A DNA stretch of 64,000 nt from Daphnia carinata (Eukaryota), in the NCBI RefSeq assembly GCF_022539665.2, contig NC_081331.1, positions 4,278,001-4,342,000 on the forward strand. Reading direction: 5' to 3'. The notes beneath the pieces were generated by a model, which was given only the letters and a program-made list of their open reading frames with translations, ran no database searches and was not told the DNA's origin. Both the position numbers and the translations under genes were made by a program. Of the stretch, positions 40,501 to 53,441 are shown piece after piece; positions within the stretch are counted from its first letter, which is position 1; every line of letters starts with the position of its first letter.

Positions 40501-42691
40501 ACTAACACACCCAATAAAAAAAAAAAGTGGGGGGTGAGAAAGACGGAGGAAATCATATGAATAGTTGAAGTGGTTGAGACCGTCAGCGCCTTTTCTTTTC
40601 TTACCATAAGAACGTAAACAAAAAATTCAAAGCTATAGACGAACTTTCTTTTTTTTTTTTTTTCACGCATCCGCTTGAGGAGAGAAAATATGAGGCTTTA
40701 GATTTCATATTGGATCCTTACCACCAAATCAAAATAGAAAATTTTTTATTCAACTTCCGACCACGTCGAATGAATTTTGATGGCTACCAGACTGGAGCAA
40801 AAAATAAAACGCGGTTGATTATTGTATTTAAATGCATATTTTCTATTTTGTTCGATGTGCTACGTTGCCATCAGTTGAATGTAGTGCGATACAATGCAAT
40901 GGGAATGTGCGCATTAGTGGCTGGATGACGGGATGCTGGAAGGGGTTAAAAGCCGCAAGTCACGAAAGATGACTTCAAAAACAACAATGAAAAAGTGGGC
41001 CGCTTTTATCTTCTTTTTTCTTCCTTCTTTTGCATATTCAAATGTGGATCTTTAGGCTAAAAGAAAATGGCGATGCCGAGAAAGCTTTCACTTGATACCG
41101 GATTCTTTTTCTCTTTTTATTTTCTTCTTTTCTGCCAGCCGATATGCAGGTCGAACAGCGGCCTCGAACCTTTTTTCCATATACCAACAGCGTTTCCTCA
41201 CCGACGGGGCGGACGCATCGCCGTCGGTAAAAGCGAAACTTTCTTCACCTCTTTTCGAATACTTTCACCAGCGAGTCCGCACGTGCGATTTATATCCTCT
41301 CTCTCTTTTGCAAATATGGGCACGCATCGTTAATATTAATTTTTTTTTTTTTTTTTTTCGTTTCCTTGTTGCACGTATCGACTTTACCTTTCAACTTGGA
41401 ACAAAACAAAAAAAATGGGGTTTTCTTGTTTCGTTAAAAAATGACATCCATTCTTTTCGTTTAAAAATTAAAAAATCGGGTCCGCCAAAAAAGAAGAAAA
41501 AAGAAATCATTTTTGCGAGAACAATAGACCTGTGTTGTTGCAGTTGACGGTGACAGATTAGGAAGGTAGCGACCGACTGGCCGAACGACCGGACAGTACA
41601 AAACATCGTGAGTTTGTTATATTTACCACCTCTATTTATTTTTTTTTTCTTCTTTTTCTCGGGGCAAGTAGCATTAACAAAAGAAACAAAAAAAAAATTG
41701 GGGACATGCTGTGTGCTAGCATATTATTGCGGACGGTCGAAACAAAACGCGCACAATCGTCGACAAGTTCACACCATTAAACGTACCCGCGCATTCCACT
41801 TCCGCCAATAAACGGCTCAAAGTTAATAATAAGCTATCATTATTAACCAAGGGTTTTTTTTTTTTTTACCGGCTATATTTGGCGTTTGACGTCACGGGAT
41901 TTTATCTTGATTTGTTTTTGTTTTGTTTTTTTGTTTTTTCAGAAAGACGAAAAAGATTAGGTTGGATATTCGTGTGACATTATATTGTCGGTTTATGCGG
42001 TGCGCGATCTCTCGACCCCGCGGAACACACGGTTGCGCTCTTTGAACAGAGGCGGCCATTAAGAAAACAAAGAAAAAAGAAAACACAAAGGATTGAGTAG
42101 GAAAACGGAAAAAAAAAAAATGAAATACGAAAGGCATTAGTAGGCAGATCAGGGATAAGGAAGAAAAGTAGGGGGTGATGGCGGCGTATAGACGAGCAAT
42201 CTTCTATCATCGGGAAATGCTGACCGTTACGTCTCATCTCACATTGTGTAACAAATAAAAAGAAAAATAAAAGAATAGGAGTAGGAAAAGGAAAAGGCGA
42301 AGAGGGGCGACATGGTCCGTTGATGAAGCAACCAATCAATACTGCCGCTCTTTTAGTCTTTTTGTGGGTCGTGGCACTGCAGCAAGGCAACATTGGGGTA
42401 AGGCGTAACATAAAGGCCATCAACATGAAACTGGCGATATATTAAAGGTAGTCGATTTCAATTGCAGTGTGCCAGCGTTGGACATGATCAAACGAGTGGG
42501 TGGGTGGGTGGGTGGGTGACATAAATAATTCACGTGCATGGCTGATATGGTTGCGATTCTTGTTTTTGTGAGTCGAAACGATTTTCTTCTCGTTGCAAGG
42601 AAACAACATTTTTCGAATAAATTAAAATTGGGGAAAATGATCGAGCATTATTATTTTTTTTTTTAACAATTGCTGAATATTTTTGAGTGAG

Positions 42692-42724
<33 letters not shown>

Positions 42725-43225
42725 ACCGGACTTGGAGCGACAACTTCAGTTGCATCGGTTTTTGTTTTTTGAGTTGTTTTTCTAATTCCGGGAGTTTGTT
42801 TTTTTTTTTCTTTGAAAATCCTTCGTTGATAAAGTGAAAGGAACAATTGCAAACAAATATTGGGAAAACAATTCTAGAGTTCGATGAGAAGTAGCGAGTC
42901 AAAGAGTATGTTGTATGGGTTCTTCCTATTTTCTTTTAGCCGGACACTTAAAGGGTCCGACGTCAAGGACAACAGCAAACGTTACCGTTATTTGCAACCT
43001 GACATCGTTGAAGCCCGCGTCCAGCCAAGAGTAAAAACAAAACAGTCCTATTGCCATCGATGTCCGTCTATCTCAGCTGCCATCCGTTGCTGAGCCGATG
43101 GCATGATGGCCCTTCTCGAAATACTCGATGGAATCTAAAATCGAAAGAAGCGATTCAAATGTTACGTTTAACATTGATACCGACGTTCGGCGTCCCATCT
43201 TTTTTTGTTTTCATGGCACACATTT

Positions 43226-43524
43226 TTAAGAAATAGTTTGAACATTTACGTTGGAGCGTGAATCCAAGAACGGTTGCCTGAGAACGCAGACGCAACAGGA
43301 TGGAAAGGTGAAGGCTTCACGAACGATCTTGCCGTTTTTGATCGCTGCCAAATGACTGCAAATGTCGATTGGAATTGAATTAGTTTTTTTTTGTTTTGTT
43401 TTGTTTTTTAAACAATTTACTGGGTGACTTACTGTGTGACAAATTTCTGCATACAAACAGCTTTGAATCCGGCCGGGAAATTTTCTGCATGATGGCACGG
43501 CTTATTTTCACCTCTTGAAAAGAC

Positions 43525-43555
<31 letters not shown>

Positions 43556-45537
43556 AATAAGGAAAAATGTTGCCTTTTTTCTTTCAATTTTTTTTGAAAT
43601 TTGCGTAAATTTTAGTAAGGAAAGAAAATGAGCCAATAACGTTTGACATTTTAAGTTTTTCGTTGCGCATCTTTTTCTTTCGTTTCTTTTGCGCTCAGTT
43701 AATCGCTCGGATGTTGTAAGACCGAGCCCGAACGATTATAATTAACCGCCGCGCAACTGGGTCGCGGTCAACGTTGACGTGGGAAATTAGTGAGCCTGAA
43801 CATTTCCCGCATTCCTTTACTTGGCCATCAGCGAGCACAACTACATCGGAGAGTACACATGTACATACTCTTCCAACCTTGTGCCATTAAACTATATGTC
43901 GACGGTCTAACCTACATCACGTGGAGAACTTGTCCTCTCTGAAGAGCCTAGTTTGAAAATTGGCGGGTTTCTTATCCCGCACTCTTCAAAGCGCTTAATA
44001 TCTTAGCGCCGTGTGAAACATTTTCTTGTTTCGTTTGTTTTGTTTGTTATTCCTTTTTTCCCTTACCGACAAGTCTCGACGGTGATTGGCTGCGAGATGT
44101 TGTCTTGGTTGACGATCATCAACATTTCATTGTCTTTACTTCTGGCCGATTTCGGGAACAAGAAGTCAGTCTATTTATAAACAAAAAATGCGGAAATCAA
44201 ATTGAATGATGCGCAATGAGGATAACATGTACGCGTTTTTTTTATACCTTTGAATCGCAAAGAGGTAGAATATCAGTGGCGGACGTTGCTAACGGTTTGA
44301 TTCGGGTATTAATGGCGTGCGATGTCACTGCCGTACTTAAGTCGGGTTTGCGCTGGGCCAATATCATGGATTCGTCCGGCTGGCTACTCGACGCCAACGG
44401 TTGCTGTCATCACAAAATTGGGTTGTGTCATGAAAAGAGAACATTGCCGAACGTATTTGGCCAGCTGTTTGCGACTTACAATGTTATCGGCGAAAAACGT
44501 AGTCAACAGACTCCCGTTATCAGACATAAGGATCTCTTTGATGGCCTCCCTGTTGTTGAAAGGAAAAAAAAAAAAGAATTTAGTTTTTTTTTTTTAAATT
44601 TTTGCGATTTTTGTAACTTTTACTCGCTAGATGGCACTTTTGAAAAAAAAAAAAATTTGAAAAAGGGAAAAAAAAGGGAAATGGTGTACATGATGAATGT
44701 GGATTGGAAAACTCACGCTGGATAATTGGTCACGTCCTCGCAAAACTGCGACGATCCGTAAGATTGGCACTGAGATTCGTTCACTACCGGCGTCCAAACG
44801 GGTTGATTGATGGAGTCGAGCGAAGATGAAACGTCAGCCATTGCCGATCTGTCGGCCTCGCTAGCACCGACGCTCTCCGTCTTATTGCAACCGGGACGAC
44901 GTCCGTGATGTGGGAACCTATTCTTCATTCGATCTTGCACACCGAAATCGATTGCGGGAGCGCCTTCCATTGCATCGGCTTCCTTAACAACCACTTTGTC
45001 CCCATTAGCGGCTCCGAAAATCATATCGTCTTCCGTGTTCGGTTCCATCACGTTTCCCGTGTTCGACGCTTGTTGAATGTAAGGCTCCAAAGCGACGTCG
45101 ACGGCAGCGTCGCCGTCGACGAAGATGTCTTCGGTGTGGCGGTTTTTTCGCATAATTCCCGCCGAATTTAAACGACCGCCATTGCGAAGCTCGCGCAACC
45201 AATAGGGTAGCGAGGCTCTTCGTGCCACTCTGTGTGATGATGCGGATGGATTTGAAACGTCCCTACGGACCGTCCATACGGAAGAATCTGCGGAATGAAT
45301 TGCGAAGATGACGGCCAACGTCATATGGATAACCTGAAACAAATTGAACGTTAGTTGTGTTTTGTTTTGTCCTTTTGTTTTTATTTTAAAGGTCGCGAAA
45401 CTGAAACAGTCTCCGACTAAGCGCTAGCAGGAAATGGAAGTTTGGTATCATTTTCCATTCAATGGAAAATGAAAAACGATTTTTAAAAAAAACAAACTTT
45501 GAAGCAAATCCGATGAATGAAAACTCACTAGATTCAT
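43226..45537 (-). CDS. Spaetzle-family cystine-knot secreted ligand, classical 7-Cys knot, about 388 aa, 7 coding exons (spz-B)
   Basis: Exons on the minus strand: 45537-45529 (MNL|gtgagt), 45333-44717, 44549-44480, 44403-44248, 44170-44067, 43513-43433 and 43355-43226. All introns are GT-AG and the total is 1167 nt in frame. Signal peptide MNLVIHMTLAVIFAIHSADS; prodomain motif CQSYGSSQFCEDVTNYPAEAIKEIL; knot PLCDSKTDFLFPKSARSKDNEMLMIVNQDNISQPITVETCRGENKPCHHAENFPAGFKAVCMQKFVTHHLAAIKNGKIVREAFTFPSCCVC. Confidence 0.93.
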
Positions 45538-45745
45538 GACGCTATTTGCAATGGGGTGAAACGGGCGAGTAATAAATTAGAACGATGGATGGCCTGTTTT
45601 TCTTGGGTGGGGGGGGGGGGGGTCACACTTGAATCACTTTTTCGGGACGGGGGGAAAAAAAGAGAACTTCGGCCAAAATAAATAAATTAAATTGAAGGGT
45701 AGAGAAAAAGGAAGAGATGAGTGCAGTTCTCCGTGGAGCGGATTG

Positions 45746-45784
45746 AAATGAATACCAGGCGGCTGAGACTGAGCCCTTTTTAAA
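45746..45784 (-). promoter_or_regulatory. Putative core promoter of spz-B (TATA-like plus Inr-like)
   Basis: Minus-strand TTTAAAAA at 45784-45777 and TCATTT at 45751-45746, about 210 nt upstream of the ATG. Confidence 0.35.
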
Positions 45785-47103
45785 CATCCTTTTCGCTCAC
45801 TGTGCGTGCGTTATACGTGTGGAGGCGGACGGGGGTATTTCGAAATCACTTTTCTCTTCTCCAACATTGCCGCCGGGAGGCGACATTCCACTTCCGACGG
45901 GAGTTACAGCCTCTTTTTTTTTTTTTTTTTCTATCCCCTCTTTACAAAAACAAAATCTCTTTTATTGGCTTTTTTTTCCCCCTACTATCTTCGATAACGT
46001 TTCAAAAGACACGGGAAAACCGACAAACTAATTTTCGCTCACCGTTCCAACCGATCAATCGCTGTTAATGGGCAAGACTGGACGTGTTTACTTTCTTGGT
46101 AGGAAGGTGAACAAAAAAAAAAAAAAAAATTTGTAGCTGCATCTTTTGTGAGGAGAAATCGACAAAAATAGATCGGGGTTTTGTGTTTAAAAAGGGGGGC
46201 GAATACGTTGAAGAGTGACCTCTTGGTCGATTCACTCTCACGTCAAGAAAGTCTGCCTGTCTACATGGGTGGGGCTTAGATTCGAATGTTTTCAGGTCAC
46301 ATTTTTATCGCTAGGTCTCAATCTCTTCCCAACCAACATCCGGGTTTCCGCCATTCAGCTGAATACCAATTTCTTTTTCCTTTTCTCTCCCCCATCCCTT
46401 TTTTTTTCTAATTGTTTTTTTTTTTTTTTCTTAAGGTCATCAAATTTTTAAAAAATGATTTCAGACAAATTATTTTTTTTTGTACGTCGTTTTTCCTCGT
46501 CAGTATTATTTTTTTTTCACGCATTATCGTTTACCGGATTTCCAATAGCGTGACGGCAGATTATTTTTGTTAACTACTTGACGTATGAGTCATCCTTGCA
46601 CGACATCCTCTTACGTGCCAGTCCTCCCCGCCACCAAACGACCCCGCCTTTTAGATTGTGCTGATCAAATACGAGCGATTTTTTCGTTTATCTTTTTGAT
46701 TTTTTTTTTTTTCACGACATGTAAAACGTGCCCGTTCATTCAAGCCGTTGTACAACTGCCTCACGTTTCGCAAGGTTTCAAAAACTTTGCCGGTGTCACG
46801 CAGAACGTTGGTCCGCCGCTCTTTGATTTTTTTCTTTTTAACAAACTGTCCTCTCTTCCGTGTTGATGCGAAATAAAACCGGTACCCTAAAAGTCGGCGA
46901 ATTGTTTTTAAAAAGTTGATTGTGTCGGTAATAGCGAAACTCGCAATCGCCATACGACAACAACTCGCATCCTTCAATTTTACTTATCTAAACTGCACGT
47001 TTTGTTTTTATATATTTCCAGTGATTATTCCTTAATGAGGAACATTTTTTTTCCCCCTATCGCTAACGACTTTGCCGACTTCTCAGCCGATGATGTCACT
47101 AGA

Positions 47104-47432
47104 TGACGTCAAATTTCCCTTTGTCACGATGACTGTTGATATTATTAGATAGCGCTACTAACGAGCATACCGGTATCGCTCCGGGCGTGGGCGTCCGCGA
47201 CAGCTCTTAACCCGACCTCGTTAAATGATTAAAAAAATGAACATATTTTTTTTTTGTTCCTTTCATTTCCGTTTAAAGGGGGAAATTTCCTTTACATATA
47301 AAAATTGCGGTAGATTGCGACTATTTTTGCGTACACGCATTCGAACCGCCCGCTAGTGGACCGTGACGCTTGTTCATTCATTCGCGCAATCGTTGTCGGC
47401 AGTGAACGCTTCCATATGCGTCATCAACTGTT

Positions 47433-47474
<42 letters not shown>

Positions 47475-48540
47475 AACCAAAAAAAAAGGGGGGGTCCCCT
47501 TTTCGTGCCGCCTATGTGTAACAACACGCTCTTTCACCACTACGTTCTATTTGCGGCTTCGTGTGTAGAAGAAGGGCCCAGCCCTATAGGGCAGCATGTT
47601 GTTTCTGAGTTTCTTGCTAATGTTTGGATTCTCGGTACTCGGCTTGGAGGTCTGGTGAGTAGACGACCCCATGTCGTGCATGACGTCGACGCCTCATGCG
47701 CGACCGACATTGTACAATTGTTCCAAGGCAACAGCGTCTTTTCCACGTTTCGTTTTTTTCTCGCGAATTATTGGTACATGCCGTCTTATCGCTTTTACTC
47801 CATTCGTAGAAATCAATTAGAGTTTGCATTTTCTACAAGACGGGAAGTTGCGCTAACCTCTCTGTACTTGATGCTCACGCAATTTTATTTTCCCCCCGTT
47901 TTTTTTTTTCTGTTATATTTGTCTTTAGCGCAATTATAGCCGCCGGGCATGGATTTGTGGCATTTCGTGGTATCCGGCACTGCGTGTGTATTTATTATAT
48001 ATTTTTTTTATTATCATCGTTGCGTGGAAACGGCGGTTGGTGGTATCATCAGCGATATAAACATCCTTTGGTTCGTTTGGTTAACATTGTTATACTTTCG
48101 GGTCGGCGACGTCTATTAACGTCCTTTGAAGCTTTCATCTTACATCGACCTAGCTCCTAGCTATACGTGGCCTCTAGCTGATCCCGATCCGGTTCCAGGG
48201 AAAACATCCTGAATGGAAGTGGAACTTTTTTTTCCACTTTGGTTTTGTTTTTGTTTGTTTTTTTACCTTGTTTAGAATTATGATTCTAAATCCATTTCTC
48301 TCGCGACTTGTATGGAGGACGTATGTTAATATAGGGGATTTCCCATTTCACTTTCGAACCATAACTCACGACCGTTCACTTTAAAAGAGAAGGCCGGTTC
48401 CGCGAAGAAATGCTAATAAAAAATAAAAGAACCGCTACTGCAAACACCACCATCTGTTGTTTTGATGCAACACAATGGTTGAAATCAAAATTTAAAAAAA
48501 AAAAAAAGGATAAATAAGATAAGCCTAAGGGGAATTTTCT
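47104..48540. promoter_or_regulatory. Candidate immune-responsive enhancer/promoter: kB-type sites with CRE, GATA and TATA motifs
   Basis: TGACGTCA at 47104-47111, GGGGGAAATTTCC at 47278-47290, TATAAAAA at 47297-47304, GGGGATTTCCC at 48334-48344, and GATAA motifs at about 48509 and 48518 next to GGGGAATTTTCT at 48529-48540. Motif matches only. Confidence 0.4.
47433..47473. repeat. (AAC)n microsatellite
   Basis: About 13 perfect AAC units, not in a supported coding exon. Confidence 0.95.
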
Positions 48541-51314
48541 AAAACTTCGTAATGATTCACATTTTTGCTTTTGTTCAGTGTCGCTTTTAAAGAGAAAAGA
48601 TGGGGAATACACTCACGTACGCCTTCACTTTGTCTCGTGAACGGGAGAAAGCAGGCTATTCTTCCTTTTCATCGTCATTACGAAAGCGTTAGATAAATGG
48701 CCGCAAGAGTGCTGTTAGCATGTTACAGCGCCATCTTTACGTCAGTTCGTTCAACAAAAATTGCTGCCATTGAATTTGGGGTTTTCCGCCGCTTTTTTTC
48801 ACGCGGTCAGTTTCTTACGTATGGCACGCGGACCATTCGTTGGCGTAATGGTCTGTTATTTAATTGAAACGGATTTTTTTTTTTAAAATCATTTACCATT
48901 TTTTTTTGTTTATCAGCCAAACGAATTTTTTATTTAATCCGCTAAATCAGAAGAACGATGCAACTTTCTACATTCTAAGGTTGCTCGGCCGGCATAATCG
49001 TTTTTGCATATATGGCGTCATCGCTGTGACGGAAGGTCGTGATAACAAAACATTTGCTGACATCATATTGACCATGTCTTTCCTTTTTTTTTTTTTTTTT
49101 TTTTGCCCGCATTTGCTTTGGAAATCTTTCGACATGTGCGCCTATTTCGGTAGTGATCCAGCACGATGACGATATGCCTCTCTATACATGGATCGGAAAC
49201 TAGTTTACGCGTCAAATGATAATTTTCACCTTTGCTCCACATGCGCACAAATAGCAACAATAGAAAGGCACTTTTTTTTTTTTGAAATTTTGTTTATTGT
49301 TTTGTTTTCTTTTATAATTGCAATTCAGAAAACGTGATTATATTCGATTAGCTGAGCATTTGGCTTTCTCACCTTGTACGTTTTTTTTTTCTGCTGATAT
49401 TTCCTCTATCGCATTCTCTAAAAGGCCAACAGGTTTCTCTCCAATCTGTTCATAATGACGACTCTATCCTGGAAGTAGGTTGATTGATCGTTGTCGCAAA
49501 AAAAGAAAAATAATTTCAAAGAACCAACTCGAAACATAAAACCCAGTTTTTTGTTTTGCTCTTCATGCATGTTACATAAAATGCTTAATCATTTACTAGA
49601 CAGTTAGCCGAAAGGCGTGACAGATTGAGAAGAAACGGAACAAAAAGATACCCACATAACAGAGACTTGAAGATACGCTAAGATTCTGATTACGTTACAC
49701 CGTTTATAATACGAACAGAGAGCGAATGCAGAGATAATGGGTCGCGGGGGGGGGGGGATGCAAATGTCCTATCAAATAAAGATACTAAAAGGCCTGTGAT
49801 TTTAAAAAATGTGTTAAGACTTGAAGTACCATTACTTCCTTGTTGTTTTTGTTTGTTTTTGTTTGTTTTTTTTTTGCAAAATGCGCCCGTTCCTTTCTTT
49901 ACAGGCAAACATACCGCGCACCGCCCGGCTTTATTTTTATTTACACCTACGTATCTAATTGGAAATGTTTTCGGCACACAGTGGCTTTACAATATACATT
50001 TGCGTGTGTGTGCGTTTGTGTTTGCTTGTGTTTAAGGTCCTCACTACGCAGTCACGTAGCGCAGTTTTCACTGGAATCTAAACACAAACAAATTTATTAT
50101 TTATTTTTGAAATTTTTCATCTGATCATCGCAGCGCCAAACCGGCCAGCAGCGTTTGCAATGGTTTCTTTTTTTTTTTTTTTTTTTTTTTTCTATTAAAG
50201 CCGTTCGTTTTTTATTGTTTTTTCTTGGAAATCGAACATACCGTCGTATTTTCGGCGCAGAAAGGAAATGCAATGTGTGTTTTGCTTCTTTGTTTACACG
50301 GGAACGAACCAGGACGGTTTAAAAATAAAAGCATCAGAAACTGCGAAGCGACTGACGCGTGCCCAACTACGTTTCTTGTTTAAAATACTGAATTCAAAAA
50401 GGCTTTTAACGGACCCAAAGAAAGAGTAGCATGAAGTAGCGCACTCGATCGTCCGCTAGATGTTGTTACGAGTGCTATGTTAATTCTTTTCAAATATTCT
50501 TGCTTGTTTTTTTTTTTTTGGCAGTTCTCGGTGAACACACGATTACACGAGAGGCCAAAACAAAGAATCAATTTGCTTATTCACGTCAAGTGTTTGTGTT
50601 TCGCGGCATTTTACTTCGTTTCATTTTGACCTTCCCACTATATTGCGATGGCCGTTGAATGACTTTCAAAGGCTGCAAATCGATGCTTCATTGCCGGAAT
50701 TGACGAACGTTTAGCTCTTGTTTTGTCTGCCTCTGAAAATGTGCAATCTCATTTGACCGTCTTCGTCTACTGTCTGAATTTTTCAGCGATTCATCGTCAG
50801 TTTAGTAGACGTCTGCTTTGTCGTTAGCGGCACCTCTAGACACGTCAAGAAACACACGAAAGCAATCACATTTTTGAAAAAAAAAAAAAAAAAAATTAAA
50901 ATAATAAAAACACGGGGATACATCATTTTCAATCAGAATCGTTTTTTGTTTAAGGACAAGGGAAATTCAACCGGGAACCGTTACGTACTTGCCGTAAGGT
51001 TCCTCCAACACGTGCAATTCTCGTTCAATCAATATTCATAGACAATCAAAAGTTTTTCAATTTAAAAAAACAAATCATATCCAGCAGTTCCACGGCCGTT
51101 TTTGTTTTTTTTGTCTTTTGGTTTCTCTCTCATTATTCACTTTTACCTGCGTAAAGGTGGACACGATCGAAGGGTTTTCCTTCCGCAAGACAATAAGAAA
51201 AGAAAAAAAAAAATGTCGATTAATAAAATCAAATGGAAGACCACGAAAGAAAAAAATGGTGATTTGTTTTGTACACGCATAATTTTTGTTTGATGTTTTT
51301 CGCTCTTTCCGTTT

Positions 51315-53409
51315 CTACGCAAATGGAGGATATTTTGGGAATAGCAAATTTTGATCGTTCGTATCCGTTTGCAACGGAAGGATGCCGGCATTGTTGACGC
51401 CTGCGTTATTGTCCGTCAACGGCGAAACGGGCACAGGGCCGCTAGGTTGTCGTGTCGTGGTCATTCCACCTCGGAAAACGGGAGCCGAAGGGTCGCCCGA
51501 TGATGCGCTCGCAGCCGGAGCAATCGGGGTAGGTGTAGTTGGTGGCGTGCTGGTGGCCGGAGTTATAAATGTCGCCACTGTCGTTGTCGTCTGCTGCTGT
51601 TGTTGCAGTTGTTGTTGCTGCTGTTGCTGTAGTTGTTGTTGCTGCTGTTGCTGTAGTTGTTGTTGCTGTAGTTGTTGTTGTTGTTGTTGTTGTTGTTGTT
51701 GGGGAAATTGCTGAGGGGGTTGTTGCAAGTTTTGCAATTGTTGAGGCTCCTGAATTGGAACGACTGGACGAGGCACTTGCGGCTCTTGAGGTGCAACGGG
51801 AGCCGGACGAGGAATCTGAGTCACTTGCGCAGCTTGCTGTTGTTGAGCTGGAGGTTGAGTGAACTGCTGGGCAGGCCTTGGCTGTTGCGGTTGCGGCTGC
51901 TGGAACAATTGTTGAGGCTGGCGAACAGGTTGACTTAACTGCGGCGGTTGTGTAAACTGCTGCTGCTGCTCCAGAAAAGAAAAAAAAAGCCAATCAGATT
52001 TTAAAAATGTAATCGATTTTTTGGGGACAAAAAAACAAAACAAACACGTGGCCCGATAAGGCCGATGAAATATTTTTAAAAAATTGTGATGTGCGTGGTT
52101 TTATACTTGCGGTTGTGTTGGCCGCTGGTTCGGTGGACGGAAACCGCCTTGTTGTTGCTGAGCCGGAGCCGGTTGTCTGAACGGCTGCTGAAGTGGCGCT
52201 GGCTGCGCCGGGCGTGCTGGTTGCTGTTGCTGGACAGGAAATTGTGGACGGACCGGTTGTGTCGGCTGTTGAAACTGGGCTGGTTGCCTGAATTGTTGGG
52301 GGAAAGTTTGCTGTCGAAATGGTGGCTGCGTTACCTGTTGCTATATAAACACACAGGCAAAACTTTCAATTAATCTGCGTAATCCATCGTCTTATTGCTT
52401 CTGGAATCGACAAAAGATAACGAAAGTTTTACACGCCCAATTTGCTAAATTAAAATTTTCTTTTTCAAAAAATAATAATAATAAAACAGTTCATTTGCAT
52501 TTCAAATTAGCCAATGGAATTGCTTTTTATTTTGTTTACCTGCTGTGCCGTCGGCTGTCTGAATGGCTGTTGTGCCAGTTGGGCTTGTTGCCGTGTTTGC
52601 CTCACTTGCTCGGCCATCGCTTGAAACGGCCTGGACGGCTGCTGTTGGAACGGCCGTTGCGGTCGTTGGACATTAAAAATCTGGCCGGGCAATTGTTGTT
52701 GGCGAGGCACCCTGAACTGCGCTTCTTGTTGTTGCTGTTGAAATACTTGCTGGAACGGAGGGAAACGCTGGAACTGGGCCAAGCTCTCGCTCGCCAATAA
52801 GATGACCAGCACCGACAGCATCACTTTCGATTTTCCCTAACAATCAAGAAATCATATCGTTAAAACACAACATAAGGGACCCTCTTTTTTCTTTTGTTTT
52901 TTTTTTTACTTAAGATTTCGGATTCGTCGTAAGAGCTTATGCTAATAGGGTTTTGATGTAGCCTTGAAAAATGGCTCGATGTCTTGATTACCATCCGTCA
53001 TTACGAAAACAAGAGAAAAGATAGTCAAGGTTGAGAATAGCGGAGATGGGCACATTGCACAGGTTTTTTTTTTTGTCTATGTTGCTCATTTCTCTTGTTT
53101 CCCCTCCGTAGCGCATACATCACTGCGTATCCGTGAAATGAAGAACCACTATCCATCATGCAAATGACAGGGTTTTTCTGCCCTTTCTGCTGACGACCTT
53201 ATAGACCTCCACTGTACGGTTAGGGATTCTTTTTGAGAAGTTTAAACAAAACGAAAAAAAAAAAAACGTCTGCCCCTTCATTTTTCAAAAGCCACGACTA
53301 CCCTCACGTTTCCTCTCGTTTTTTTTCTTTTATATTTTTTGTTTCTTTTTGAATCCATACATGCCGAAAAAAACAAAACAACAACAACCCAGGACACATC
53401 ATCAATATT

Positions 53410-53441
<32 letters not shown>

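Noticed and set aside
51382..51993. Poly-Cys, poly-Thr, poly-Asn and poly-Val ORFs
   Set aside because: Alternative-frame or antisense readings of the polyglutamine repeat.
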